Positions 1 to 9,164 of a stretch of 27,261 nt of DNA are shown piece by piece. Within the stretch, counting starts at the first letter, position 1. Each line of letters starts with the position of its first letter. Source of the stretch: Methanothrix sp. GTDB lineage: Archaea > Halobacteriota > Methanosarcinia > Methanotrichales > Methanotrichaceae. The DNA lies in contig JBAXWY010000037.1 of the NCBI GenBank assembly GCA_037128175.1, positions 1 through 27,261 of the forward strand, read 5' to 3'. The position numbers and the translations under genes are program-made. The notes below the pieces were generated by a model that worked only from the letters and a program-made list of their open reading frames with translations, had not been told where the DNA came from and searched no databases.

Positions 1-74
1 CCGAGAATGCGAAAATTATTACAGGATGGATTGAAAGTGCGGAATGTAGGTTGCAGAATTTGGCTTTTGGCAGT

Positions 75-422
75 TTACCGTTTTAAATGACGCTTTAAAT
101 CTGGCGGCATCACCGCCCATAACTCTGGAAACTCACATTCAATGTTCCCAAGAACCCTTGGAGCCTCTTTATACACAAAATCATGATGATCTACATATAT
201 AAATAAAATCGTGTCGCTGATGACCATGTAAACAATAACAAAGGGATTAACATGCGATCCTCGTGTGTATTTTAGATCATGACTTTTTGGATCGCCCAGT
301 TCAGGATTTTGTATAATTTGTTTTATTTTCTTAGAAAGCTTTTCATCCAATTTTTTATCTTTTTTAGTTAATTTTTTAAATTGGTTTTTAAAATCAAGCG
401 TCCGCTTAATTTTATATGGCAT
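75..422 (-). CDS. RelE/ParE-superfamily type II toxin (mRNA interferase-like)
   Basis: Basic 115 aa protein with RelE-like layout: YKIKRTLDFKNQFKKL, I..NPELGDPKSHDLKYTRGSHVNPFVIVY, ILFIYVDHHD.VY. Lies 9 bp downstream of a small acidic ORF. Confidence 0.8.
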   Translation of the reverse strand: MPYKIKRTLDFKNQFKKLTKKDKKLDEKLSKKIKQIIQNPELGDPKSHDLKYTRGSHVNPFVIVYMVISDTILFIYVDHHDFVYKEAPRVLGNIECEFPELWAVMPPDLKRHLKR

Positions 423-431
423 AGTAGAAAA

Positions 432-617
432 TTACTCAGAGCTATGAAGATCGGCCAGAAAATCGTCTGCATTATCAAAGGTTCTCACCAGGCCGGCATT
501 GTATTGCTTCATGCTACGAACCACGCCGGCCTTGAACTCCTCCAGTACAGTCTCTTTGGTATTTATGGCAGATATCATTACTGTCTGCTCTCTTCCCGGG
601 GTATCTGAGCACACCAT
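432..617 (-). CDS. Putative cognate antitoxin
   Basis: 61 aa ORF directly upstream of the toxin. Acidic C-terminus (RSMKQYNAGLVRTFDNADDFLADL) resembles RelB/DinJ-like tails. The true start could be the later Met (MISAINTKE). Confidence 0.7.
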   Translation of the reverse strand: MVCSDTPGREQTVMISAINTKETVLEEFKAGVVRSMKQYNAGLVRTFDNADDFLADLHSSE

Positions 618-683
618 TAATAATATCTACATGCTGCCAGGTATTTAAGTTTAGCTTATGTCCGCCCCAAGAAAGTGTAATTT

Positions 684-690
684 AAAAAAA
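684..690 (-). terminator. Oligo-T archaeal terminator candidate after tldD
   Basis: T7 tract on the minus strand about 18 nt after the tldD stop codon. Confidence 0.45.
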
Positions 691-707
691 TAGAGACCAT
701 TAAATCC

Positions 708-2027
708 TTATCCCGCTCCGCCCACCGTCGCCTCTGCCACCAGGAGGTGCGGCGATCCGTCGCTCACGGGCACGAGCTGTCCTGCTTTCCCGCAGCGTCC
801 GCTGTTGAACTTGAGGTCGTTCCCCACCGCCCGGACATGCAGCAAAGTTTCCAGAATCTTGCCGGACAGGGACACGTCCCGCAAAAGCCGCGTCTTCTCG
901 CCCTTTTCCACCAGGTAGCCTCTCTTGGCATTGAACTGGAAGACGCCCTCGCCCGTGCTCACCTGGCCGCCCCGGCTGCCGCACAGGTAAACTCCGTCTC
1001 CTAGCTCGCTCAGGATCTCTTCCAATTTCCAATCTCCGTTGGCGATGTAGGTATTGCTCATGCGCACCACCGGCCGGTCCAGGCCTTCGGCGCGGGCATT
1101 ACGCGGCACACCGCCCAGCCGAGCTGCCGTCTCGCGAGAATTGAGATACGACTTAAGGATGCCCTTCTCCACCAAAACCGTTTCCTGGGCCAGGCTTCCC
1201 TCATCGTCAAAAGAGTAGTATCCGTTTTGCATCAAACTGGGATCGTCCTTGACCGTCACCAACTCTGAGCCGATCTTCTGGCCCAGCATTCCTTCCAGAC
1301 AGGAGTCGCCCTCTAAAATGATGTCTCCCTCAGTGGCATGGCCTACCGCCTCATGAACAAATACTCCGGCCAGCTCCTGATCTAGGATCACGGGATAGGT
1401 TCCACCCTTGGGCATACTCGCGTCGAGAAGTGCCACCGCCGTCTCGCCAACCCCTCTGGCCAGAGCAATGGGGTCTTCCCGGTCAAAGAGCTCCAGGCCT
1501 CCTACGCCCGACCGGCCCTCTCCGTCCGTCTGGTAGAGCCCGTTTCTGTGGGCCACGGCGCTGATGACAAAGCCCATGCGCGTCGTCTTTGCCTCCAGAT
1601 CCAGGCCCTCCGAGCTCTCGTAATGCGTGGTAAAATCCATCTCTGCGTAGACGGCCTGGGTGGAGGAGACGCCCTTAACTTTAGCTGCGTCTTCAATCTC
1701 TCGTAGCAGGACCACCTTCTCCTCCAGGGAAAGGTTCTTGGGATCTTTTTTAACTGGAACCACAACGCTTCTACCCACCGGAGCCTCTGCCAGCACGAGG
1801 TTCTCGCGCCGGTCGATCTTCCGGGCGATGCGTTTGGCCAGATCGATCTCTTCCCCAAGGTTTGCGACATTGTCCGTGGTCACAAAACCCCACGCTCCCT
1901 CGTGAAGAGCTCGTACCGCCGCACCCTGGAAGGGAGCCTCTGCTATCTCTTCCAGCTTGCCGTTGTCCAGGACAATCCTGGTCCTACTGCCACGAAGGAT
2001 GCGAATGTCGTAGAACTCAGGCGCCAT
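708..2027 (-). CDS. tldD: TldD/PmbA-family metalloprotease, TldD (catalytic) type
   Basis: HEAVGH zinc motif, FDDEG, RMSNTYI and the C-terminal CGKAGQLVPVSDGSPH motif with the ligand Cys. Confidence 0.92.
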   Translation of the reverse strand: MAPEFYDIRILRGSRTRIVLDNGKLEEIAEAPFQGAAVRALHEGAWGFVTTDNVANLGEEIDLAKRIARKIDRRENLVLAEAPVGRSVVVPVKKDPKNLSLEEKVVLLREIEDAAKVKGVSSTQAVYAEMDFTTHYESSEGLDLEAKTTRMGFVISAVAHRNGLYQTDGEGRSGVGGLELFDREDPIALARGVGETAVALLDASMPKGGTYPVILDQELAGVFVHEAVGHATEGDIILEGDSCLEGMLGQKIGSELVTVKDDPSLMQNGYYSFDDEGSLAQETVLVEKGILKSYLNSRETAARLGGVPRNARAEGLDRPVVRMSNTYIANGDWKLEEILSELGDGVYLCGSRGGQVSTGEGVFQFNAKRGYLVEKGEKTRLLRDVSLSGKILETLLHVRAVGNDLKFNSGRCGKAGQLVPVSDGSPHLLVAEATVGGAG

Positions 2028-2033
2028 TTGGTT

Positions 2034-4007
2034 TCAGATGCTCCTGCTGGGGATGGTAATGGTCTCCGGCAGGATGATGCCGATCTTCTTTTCGGTGGCA
2101 AACCTCTTCAGCTTCTCGATCAGCCGGTTCCTCTGCCCGCCCATGGCATACTCGAAGACCTCGCTCATATTGGAGACGGGAATGATCTCGATCATGCCCT
2201 TGGTGGCTTCGTCGATCAGTACATCGCCCATATTGGATTTGGGTATGAGCACCGTCTTGATGCCGGCTTTCGCTGCGGCCTCGATCTTCTGCGTCACGCC
2301 TCCCACGGGCATGACATCTCCCCGCACAGACAGAGAACCGGTCATGGCCACCGACTGCTTGACTGGCACGCCTTCCAGGGCGGATATGACTGCTGTGGCA
2401 ATGGAGATAGATGCGCTGTCGCCCTCTACGCCTTCGTAGGTGCCGATGAACTGAATGTGCACATCCTTGTTGGTTATGTCCTCACCCAGGAACTTCTTAA
2501 TGAGCACGGAGACGTTGGTGACAGCTTCTCTGGCAATCTCCTGCAATTTACCTGTGGCTATGATCTTGCCCTCATCCTTGGACTGCGCCGGCGTGATCTC
2601 GGCCATGATGGGCAGCACTATTCCCGAGTCGCCCATAACGGCCAGACCATTGACTCTTCCCACTTCGTCCCCGGAGGAGTGGAACATGCTGTAATCCTTG
2701 CGGCGCTCCATGTAGCGGTCGGCAAGCTGCTGCTCCACGGACCTTGCCATCTTCTTGGCCTCTATGACGTGATCCACTTCGGTCAGGTTTGCACCATTGG
2801 CACGGGCTACGTCCCCGGATACTCTGATCAGGCCGCCCAGGTCTCGCAGCATTAGTGTGAGATGGCCCTTTCGCCCTGATCTTCTCTTGGCTTCCCGCAT
2901 GATCTCCGAGACCGCATCCCTGCTGAAGTGCGGTATCTTGCCGTCTCTTACAATCTCCTGGGCCACGAATCTGATGAGCTTGTTTCTGTTCTCCAGGGTG
3001 TCGTCCATGCTGTCTCTCATGTAGACTTCATATCCGTAGCCCTTGATGCGTGACCTCAAGGCGGGATGCATTCCCTGCACGGCATCCAAATTTCCCGCCA
3101 GGATCATGATGAAGCTGCAGGGCACTGGCTCCGTTCTGACCAGTGCGCCGGAGCTTCTCTCGCTCTGACCGGTAATGGGATACTCACCCTCCTGCAAAGC
3201 CGTAAGCAGGCTTTGCTGTGACTCAGGACGTAGAGTGTTCACCTCATCTATGAAGAGAACTCCCTTGTGGGCCTTGTGAATGGCTCCGCATTCCACCCGC
3301 TCATGGGATGGCGTCTCCAGGCCTCCGGATTGGAAAGGATCATGGCGGACGTCTCCAAGAAGGGCGCCGGCGTGTGCCCCGGTGGCATCGACATAAGGTG
3401 CCTTCTTCTTATTGTTGTTGTCCACCAGGAGCTTGGGAACCATGGCGTCCTCTTTGGGCAACATATAACGCAGTGAAAGGAATATAAGCGCTGCTGCAAT
3501 GATCCCGAAGAGGAGCTGTCCCGTATAATAGGCATATACTATTAAGGCCATTACTATGAGCATTAAGAACATATTGCGCGTCTGGACCTTCTTTCTGGCC
3601 TCCATCTTCTGGGCATCGACTATCTGCTTGCCTCTGCCGGCAGGTACGATGCGAACGCGCGGAGTGTTGTTATCCTCTGGATTGGCATAGACCAGAACAT
3701 CCTGTAGCTCTTCCACGGGGAGTAGCTCGCTCATGGCCTTGCCGAGCATGGATTTTCCTGTTCCCGGCGATCCGATGAGCATGACATGGCGTCTCTGGCG
3801 TGCCGCCTTTTTGATCACTTCCACGGCTTCATCCTGGCCGATCACATGATCTATGAGGCTCTCAGGCACGGTTATGCTGCTGGTATCGTTGAAATCAATG
3901 TCCCCAAGCAGCTCTTTCGACTCGTCTTCAGAAGTCAATTTTTCGGCCCTCATATCGTCTTTTAATCCTTCTTGACTATATATCTGGTGCTTTGTATCCA
4001 TACTCAT
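2034..4007 (-). CDS. lonB: Archaeal membrane-anchored ATP-dependent protease LonB
   Basis: Walker A GSPGTGKS, two-TM hydrophobic insert in the ATPase domain, LLGDVRHDPFQSGGL, Walker B LFIDE, catalytic Ser in EGDSASI and Lys in VTQKIEAA. Confidence 0.96.
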   Translation of the reverse strand: MSMDTKHQIYSQEGLKDDMRAEKLTSEDESKELLGDIDFNDTSSITVPESLIDHVIGQDEAVEVIKKAARQRRHVMLIGSPGTGKSMLGKAMSELLPVEELQDVLVYANPEDNNTPRVRIVPAGRGKQIVDAQKMEARKKVQTRNMFLMLIVMALIVYAYYTGQLLFGIIAAALIFLSLRYMLPKEDAMVPKLLVDNNNKKKAPYVDATGAHAGALLGDVRHDPFQSGGLETPSHERVECGAIHKAHKGVLFIDEVNTLRPESQQSLLTALQEGEYPITGQSERSSGALVRTEPVPCSFIMILAGNLDAVQGMHPALRSRIKGYGYEVYMRDSMDDTLENRNKLIRFVAQEIVRDGKIPHFSRDAVSEIMREAKRRSGRKGHLTLMLRDLGGLIRVSGDVARANGANLTEVDHVIEAKKMARSVEQQLADRYMERRKDYSMFHSSGDEVGRVNGLAVMGDSGIVLPIMAEITPAQSKDEGKIIATGKLQEIAREAVTNVSVLIKKFLGEDITNKDVHIQFIGTYEGVEGDSASISIATAVISALEGVPVKQSVAMTGSLSVRGDVMPVGGVTQKIEAAAKAGIKTVLIPKSNMGDVLIDEATKGMIEIIPVSNMSEVFEYAMGGQRNRLIEKLKRFATEKKIGIILPETITIPSRSI

Positions 4008-4016
4008 TTTGGTCCT

Positions 4017-6230
4017 TTAGGCTTTGAAATCTTGGATCATTTTAAGGTATTCTTCCCGCATGCCTTTGGACAGATGGGGCTTAATAAGCTCATGCGCTCT
4101 TTGGAAATGCTCTCGTGTTACCAGTATCCTATCAATGATCAATTCTTCTCTTTTCATACCGATCGTTATATGCTCTTTTAAAGCAAGCATACCAGCTTCC
4201 CGGCAGAGCATCTCTAAATCTGCGCCGGAAAAGTTCTCTGTCATCTCGGCCAGCCACAGGGCAATGGCCCCGGAGGCGGCCATGCGGGAGAGATAAATCT
4301 CCAGTATTCTCTTTCTTGCCTGCATGTCCGGCATGGGAATATAAATCAAACGATCGAATCTGCCGGGACGGAGCATTGAACTGTCCAAGAGGTCCGGCCG
4401 GTTGGTAGCCGCTACTACTACCACATCTTTAAGCTCTACCAGCCCATCCAACTCGGTTAGGAATTGGCTGACTACTCGTTCTGTCACGTTCGAATCGGGC
4501 CCGCTGCCCCGGCTCGGAACTATGGAGTCGATCTCATCGAAGAATACCAAGGCAGGAGCCGCCTGGCGGGCTTTGCGAAATATCTCTCTTACGGCACGCT
4601 CCGATTCGCCCACCCATTTGCTGAGCAGTTCCGGGCCTTTGACGCTGATGAAGTTCAAATTACTCTCCGTAGCTAGCGCTCTTACCAGGAGGGTCTTGCC
4701 TGTTCCCGGCAGGCCGTAAAGAAGGATGCCACGCGGGGGCCGAACGCCTACGGCTGCGAAGGCTTCCGGATACTTGAGCGGCCACTCCACGGCCTCGATG
4801 AGTGACTGCTTGACTTCCTCAAGGCCCCCCACTTCATCCCAGTGTACCTCCGCTACCTCTACGAATACCTCTCTCATGGCGGAGGGCTCAATTTTCTTCA
4901 AAGCCTCTTTGAAGTCCTCTTTGGTAACCCGAAGACTCTCCACGATCTCGGCTGGTATATCCTCGCTCACATCCAGGTCGGGAAGCGCCCTCTCCAGTGT
5001 TCGCATGGCCGCCTCTTTGCAGAGAGCATAAAGGTCCGCTCCTACAAAGCCGTGCGTGGCATCTGCGATCTCTTTCAAGTCCAGGGACACGTCGAGAGGC
5101 ATGCCTCTGGTATGAACATACAGCACCTCGAGCCGACCGGTTTTACTGGGAATGCCTATCTCAATCTCCCGATCGAAGCGTCCGCCCCGACGGATGGCAG
5201 GATCAAGGGCATTGGGCCTATTGGTGGCTGCAATTACTATTACCTCTCCCCGGGAGGAAAGTCCGTCCATAAGGGCCAGGAGCTGAGCCACCACACGCCT
5301 TTCCAGGTCGCCGGACACCTCCTCGCGTTTGGGTGCGATGGAGTCGATCTCATCGATGAAGATGATGGAGGGAGCGGCTTTAGCGGCCTCCTCGAAGATC
5401 TGGCGCAGCCGCTGCTCGCTTTCTCCATAAAACTTGGAGACGATCTCTGGACCGGAGATGGATATGAAGTTGGCGTCGGTCTCGCTGGCCACGGCCCTGG
5501 CGATGAGCGTCTTTCCCGTTCCGGGTGGTCCATAGAGCAGCACCCCGCGAGGTGGATTGATGCCCAGGCGAGAGAAAAGCTCCGGATGACGCAGTGGAAC
5601 TTCAATCATCTCCCTGATCTCTCTGATCTCGCGGGAAAGGCCGCCAATGTCCTCGTAGGAGATATCCCGCACTTGCAGTGCCAGCTCTTCTAAAGTCTCT
5701 CTGGTGATGCTGATGATAGTCTCGGAAGTTACGATTACCGCACCGGCAGGCATTGTGCTGACCACGGCCAGGTTGAGGCTGCTATTGATCATCTCCACGC
5801 GCAGCATTTCACCCTTGACAACCGCCCTTCCTTGTAGCATACGAAGCAAGTACTGCGGCCCGCCCATGAGCCGGATCTGGCGCGTAGGAGCGACAACGAT
5901 CTTTCGGGCCGGTCTTGCCTCGGCCCGGGTGACGACAACTTTGCTGTCTATCCCAGCACTCAGGTTGGCGCGGGTATTCCCGTCAATTCTGATGAGATCC
6001 TGGGGATCATCAGGGTTTCCGGGCCAGGTGATGGCGTAGACCTTATCTTTTCCTTTGATCTCCACCACACCCCCGTTTTCCAGGGATAGGGAGGTCAATG
6101 CAGCCGCTCCAATCCTGGCCACGCCCTTTCCTGCATCTTTGTGATAGGCTTCAGCAACCCGAAGTTGTAGAGAGACAACCTTTTCCGGCCCACCTACGAC
6201 AGGCTCTATTTCCGTCCCTTCTCTCTCCAT
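4017..6230 (-). CDS. cdc48: CDC48/VCP (VAT) family AAA+ ATPase
   Basis: N-domain plus two AAA modules ([20 protein letters not shown] and [19 protein letters not shown]). Start placed at ATG 6230, which overlaps the upstream stop as TAATG. The ORF is open to 6245. Confidence 0.95.
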   Translation of the reverse strand: MEREGTEIEPVVGGPEKVVSLQLRVAEAYHKDAGKGVARIGAAALTSLSLENGGVVEIKGKDKVYAITWPGNPDDPQDLIRIDGNTRANLSAGIDSKVVVTRAEARPARKIVVAPTRQIRLMGGPQYLLRMLQGRAVVKGEMLRVEMINSSLNLAVVSTMPAGAVIVTSETIISITRETLEELALQVRDISYEDIGGLSREIREIREMIEVPLRHPELFSRLGINPPRGVLLYGPPGTGKTLIARAVASETDANFISISGPEIVSKFYGESEQRLRQIFEEAAKAAPSIIFIDEIDSIAPKREEVSGDLERRVVAQLLALMDGLSSRGEVIVIAATNRPNALDPAIRRGGRFDREIEIGIPSKTGRLEVLYVHTRGMPLDVSLDLKEIADATHGFVGADLYALCKEAAMRTLERALPDLDVSEDIPAEIVESLRVTKEDFKEALKKIEPSAMREVFVEVAEVHWDEVGGLEEVKQSLIEAVEWPLKYPEAFAAVGVRPPRGILLYGLPGTGKTLLVRALATESNLNFISVKGPELLSKWVGESERAVREIFRKARQAAPALVFFDEIDSIVPSRGSGPDSNVTERVVSQFLTELDGLVELKDVVVVAATNRPDLLDSSMLRPGRFDRLIYIPMPDMQARKRILEIYLSRMAASGAIALWLAEMTENFSGADLEMLCREAGMLALKEHITIGMKREELIIDRILVTREHFQRAHELIKPHLSKGMREEYLKMIQDFKA

Positions 6231-6859
6231 TATCTGATGCTCCATTCCTGATCTAACAAATGCACAGCTCCACGCTCTTCCAGCCTTTTTAGCCGGTCTA
6301 TTACCACAATCTCGGGAGCTTCCAGCCTCATGGCCAGATGCGTTGCATCAGCATCGCCGGAGAGGAGTGCCGTCAGGATCTCCGCCTCCAGCTGGTTTTC
6401 TGCATAGCTTCTGGCCGTACTGCAAGCTATATGTTTGATCTCCATTTCTCGAGATTCGATCCGGTCCAGGAGAGCGCGCAGTTCAAGCCTCTTTTCCTCC
6501 AGGGTTGAGAGCTCGTCGCGTAAAAGCTTCATGTCCGGGACCAATCCGTTATCTTCTACTTTTGGTACGTCCTCGGAGAGAAAGGCTCTTACGCCGTAAG
6601 AATGAGGCGAGACCGCCACCTCCAGAACTATCTTTCGGACTATGCGAAAATACTTTCTTCTTCCCGTGTCCTGATAGCATTCCACCAGGCCGGCTCTCTC
6701 CAGCATCACCAGATGATCGATGACGGCCTTTGGTCCGACATCCAGTCGCTTGGCCATCTCATTGAAGTAAAAAGGGCGAAACGAGAGGAGTTGAAGTATG
6801 CGCCTCCTATTTTCGTTCCCCAGGATATCTAAAAGCTCAACCGGATCCAATATCATCAC
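6230..6859 (-). CDS. ArsR-family regulator of the archaeal heat-shock regulator type (Phr/HSR1-like, COG1777)
   Basis: [21 protein letters not shown]....[18 protein letters not shown] and RRKYF match the Phr-type N-terminal wHTH, followed by a coiled coil and a second HTH-like C-terminal segment. First gene upstream of cdc48. Confidence 0.85.
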   Translation of the reverse strand: MMILDPVELLDILGNENRRRILQLLSFRPFYFNEMAKRLDVGPKAVIDHLVMLERAGLVECYQDTGRRKYFRIVRKIVLEVAVSPHSYGVRAFLSEDVPKVEDNGLVPDMKLLRDELSTLEEKRLELRALLDRIESREMEIKHIACSTARSYAENQLEAEILTALLSGDADATHLAMRLEAPEIVVIDRLKRLEERGAVHLLDQEWSIR

Positions 6860-6875
6860 TCGATTTTTTGCTTAT

Positions 6876-6904
6876 TAAACTTTAAGTTAGTAACGCTAGG
6901 TTAA
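6876..6904. promoter_or_regulatory. Two tandem HSR1-like operator palindromes
   Basis: TAAAC-tttaa-GTTAG (6876-6890) and GTAAC-gctag-GTTAA (6890-6904). Both resemble the CTAAC-N5-GTTAG site described for Archaeoglobus HSR1. Confidence 0.7.
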
Positions 6905-6916
6905 ATAAGCTTTTCG
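6901..6916 (-). promoter_or_regulatory. BRE-TATA promoter of the regulator-cdc48-lonB-tldD operon
   Basis: Minus strand reads CGAAAAGC-TTATTTAA, about 42 nt upstream of the start codon. Confidence 0.65.
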
Positions 6917-6940
6917 CTGTGCATTTCGTCCTCAGAGCTT

Positions 6941-7243
6941 CTAGCGGATGCTAAGGACAGACAAGAATGATAGAATGCCGATTACTATGAGCAGCAAATT
7001 GACCATCTGTCCATGACCCACCCTCCAGCGTGCTAAGGCGAATCTGGTGCTGATCAGCACATGCACCAGGAAGAAGAAGACCAGAAATAAGTCCAGCTCG
7101 GTGTGCATGGATATGGCCTGTTGCAGGGGCAGCAATGTCCTGTTCCACCAGGCATATCCAGAGATAAGGAAGATGGTCATGAAGATAAGAAGCATCCAGG
7201 CGCAGATCCGGTTAATCTTGACGAGAAGTCGGCCACGATTCAA
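6941..7243 (-). CDS. Small 3-TM membrane protein, possibly cytochrome b-like (DUF4405-like)
   Basis: TTG start after a GGTGA RBS, three hydrophobic helices, ISGY at the end of TM1, two His 14 residues apart in TM2. Confidence 0.65.
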   Translation of the reverse strand: MNRGRLLVKINRICAWMLLIFMTIFLISGYAWWNRTLLPLQQAISMHTELDLFLVFFFLVHVLISTRFALARWRVGHGQMVNLLLIVIGILSFLSVLSIR

Positions 7244-7352
7244 ATCAAATTCACCTGATGGTCTAATGAACTATGTAGTTATTAATTGATGGTACAAGTA
7301 TATGTGCAATATGTGCATGTGGTTTCGGGACTGCAAGTGTTTCAACTCCGTT

Positions 7353-7368
7353 CAAAAGGCTTATTTAA
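7353..7368 (+). promoter_or_regulatory. BRE-TATA promoter of the CDF gene (probably leaderless mRNA)
   Basis: CAAAAGGC-TTATTTAA ends about 23 nt before ATG 7392. Confidence 0.55.
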
Positions 7369-7391
7369 CCCTGTCGAACATAACTATTGTG

Positions 7392-8258
7392 ATGTCATAC
7401 TATGCGACTGTCAAGCGCATCCTTATAATAATATTTGTATTAAATTTACTCGTGGCTATGGCCAAGGGTGGCTGGGGGCTTTACACTGGTTCTCTGAGCA
7501 TGACCTCGGACGGGCTGCATTCCCTATTAGATGCAAGCTCAAACATCATCGGCCTGGTTGGAATATCAATGGCATCTCGGCCACCTGATAGAGAGCACCC
7601 TTACGGCCACTCCAAGTTCGAGACCTTTGCCTCTTTAGGCATAGCCGTGCTCCTCTTCGCCAGTTGCATCCAGATAATCATAGCCGCAACTGATAGGATA
7701 CTGCATCCAACTGTGCCGGATGTGACCTGGCTTAGTTTCGTCATCATGATCGGCACGCTCGCCATAAATGTGGGCATCGCTGCATACGAATATATCATCG
7801 GCAAAAAATTGAAGAGCAGCATCCTGGTGGCCGATTCCATGCACACCCGCAGCGATGTTTATGCATCTATAGGTGTTATCCTCGGCCTGGTTATGGTCAA
7901 GATGGGATACCCCATGGCTGATCCCATCATCGCTCTGCTCATCACCGGCTTGATCATCTTAACCGGCTTTAATATCATTAGAGAAAGCTCCGTGGTATTG
8001 CTGGACAAGGCTCCGATCGAGGAGAGCGTTATATTGAAACTGGCCTTGTCTGTGCCGGGGGTGTGCAATTGCCACCGCATCCGAACGCGCGGAACGCCCG
8101 GGCAGATGTATGTGGATCTGCATATTTGTGTGGATTCGTCTTTATCCCTTGAGGCGGCTCATAATGTGAGCGAAGAGGTCGAGGTCCTAATCAAGGTCTC
8201 CATCGACGGCGTGGAGGACGTGGTGGTCCATATGGAGCCGAAAGACTACTACGAATAA
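7392..8258 (+). CDS. Cation diffusion facilitator (FieF-like) metal exporter
   Basis: DGLHSLLD, RPPDREHPYGHSKFE, ADSMHTRSD and a C-terminal dimerization domain (VDLHI...AH...VVVHMEP). Start moved from 7302 to ATG 7392 on promoter position and family length. Confidence 0.92.
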   Translation: MSYYATVKRILIIIFVLNLLVAMAKGGWGLYTGSLSMTSDGLHSLLDASSNIIGLVGISMASRPPDREHPYGHSKFETFASLGIAVLLFASCIQIIIAATDRILHPTVPDVTWLSFVIMIGTLAINVGIAAYEYIIGKKLKSSILVADSMHTRSDVYASIGVILGLVMVKMGYPMADPIIALLITGLIILTGFNIIRESSVVLLDKAPIEESVILKLALSVPGVCNCHRIRTRGTPGQMYVDLHICVDSSLSLEAAHNVSEEVEVLIKVSIDGVEDVVVHMEPKDYYE

Positions 8259-8426
8259 AAGGATAAATCGAACCTGCAAATGATTGGCGTGGAATGAAAC
8301 GAATGAGAGAAATTCCACGGCCTCCATGTGAAAAGCTTATAAGGGAGAAGGTGACACAGGGGGTGTTGTAGGCAAATGACGAAAAGCCTATCGCTGAAAA
8401 GTGGAAAATATATCGGAGGCATATTA

Positions 8427-9095
8427 TTGAATAAAAGAAGCATGATTCTTTCTCTACTGCTTGTATCTCTCATCACCGGCCTGTCCCTGGGGCAGAGCGA
8501 CAACAATACTAGTATTACGAAGACCATTTCGACAAATGAAAATATCCCGGCGAACGAGACAGCTGCTGCCACGCAGTCTGGTTCTGGACCCAATCTCAAC
8601 TACATCTGGTCCTTTACAGGCATAGAGACCGGCCCCATTACCATGGCCCTCAATCAGGAAGGAAGCGAGCTTTACGGCCAGGCCAAGTATGAACCAGACA
8701 GCGGAAAAGCCTGGAATGCAAACGTCGTGGGTTCCGTCACAGAAAACGAGGTGGATCTGACATTGACTGCTCAGAAGGACAAAGAGAGCATCACCACCAA
8801 GATGACCGGCACCTATGCCAATGATACCATCAACGGCAACTTCACCCAGATTGCCGGTGGAAAGAAGGTAGGCAGCGGCACCTTCAGCGCCATGTGGATC
8901 AGCCCGGATATCTCCAGCTACACTCCTGCGATCATCGAGGAGCCAAAAGTTGAGACACCAGCGCCAGCCGTTGTTAACGCATCTGAGGAACAGACGGCAG
9001 AGCCAGCAAAGCCAGCCTCAAGGTTCGTTGACATTCACCAGTACGCGGATAAGATCCAGACAGGAGTTGGAGATATCAGCGGGATACCAATATAA
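8427..9095 (+). CDS. Secreted hypothetical protein, likely glycosylated
   Basis: GGAGG RBS at 8415-8419 before TTG 8427, Sec-type signal peptide, several N-x-S/T sequons, beta-rich core, Pro/Ala/Glu linker, C-terminal motif shared with the downstream paralog. Confidence 0.8.
   Translation: MNKRSMILSLLLVSLITGLSLGQSDNNTSITKTISTNENIPANETAAATQSGSGPNLNYIWSFTGIETGPITMALNQEGSELYGQAKYEPDSGKAWNANVVGSVTENEVDLTLTAQKDKESITTKMTGTYANDTINGNFTQIAGGKKVGSGTFSAMWISPDISSYTPAIIEEPKVETPAPAVVNASEEQTAEPAKPASRFVDIHQYADKIQTGVGDISGIPI
9059..9080 (+). repeat. 22-bp exact direct repeat, second copy at 9548-9569
   Basis: GACAGGAGTTGGAGATATCAGC occurs near the 3' end of both tandem paralogs and encodes TGVGDIS. Confidence 0.85.
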
Positions 9096-9126
9096 ATGAG
9101 CGGAAGTTAAATCAGAGAGATTTCAG

Positions 9127-9157
9127 GCGCCGGGAATTTCGGCGCAATATCCTTTTT
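9127..9157 (+). terminator. Hairpin plus T-tract terminator candidate
   Basis: GCGCCG-ggaattt-CGGCGC followed by AATATCCTTTTT, just after the 8427-9095 gene. Confidence 0.5.
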
Positions 9158-9164
9158 CCATCAA

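Noticed and set aside
1902-2855. 317 aa plus-strand ORF, along with similar long antisense ORFs at 4842-5693, 10431-11378 and 23034-23822
   Set aside because: They lie antisense to well-supported genes (lonB/tldD, cdc48, pscS, ogg) and have no recognisable motifs, as expected for shadow ORFs in GC-rich coding DNA.
7302-7391. Cys-rich N-terminal extension (MCNMCMWFRDCKC) on the CDF transporter
   Set aside because: Tempting as a metal-binding leader, but a BRE-TATA element lies inside it and points to ATG 7392 as the start. Not fully excluded without ortholog alignment.
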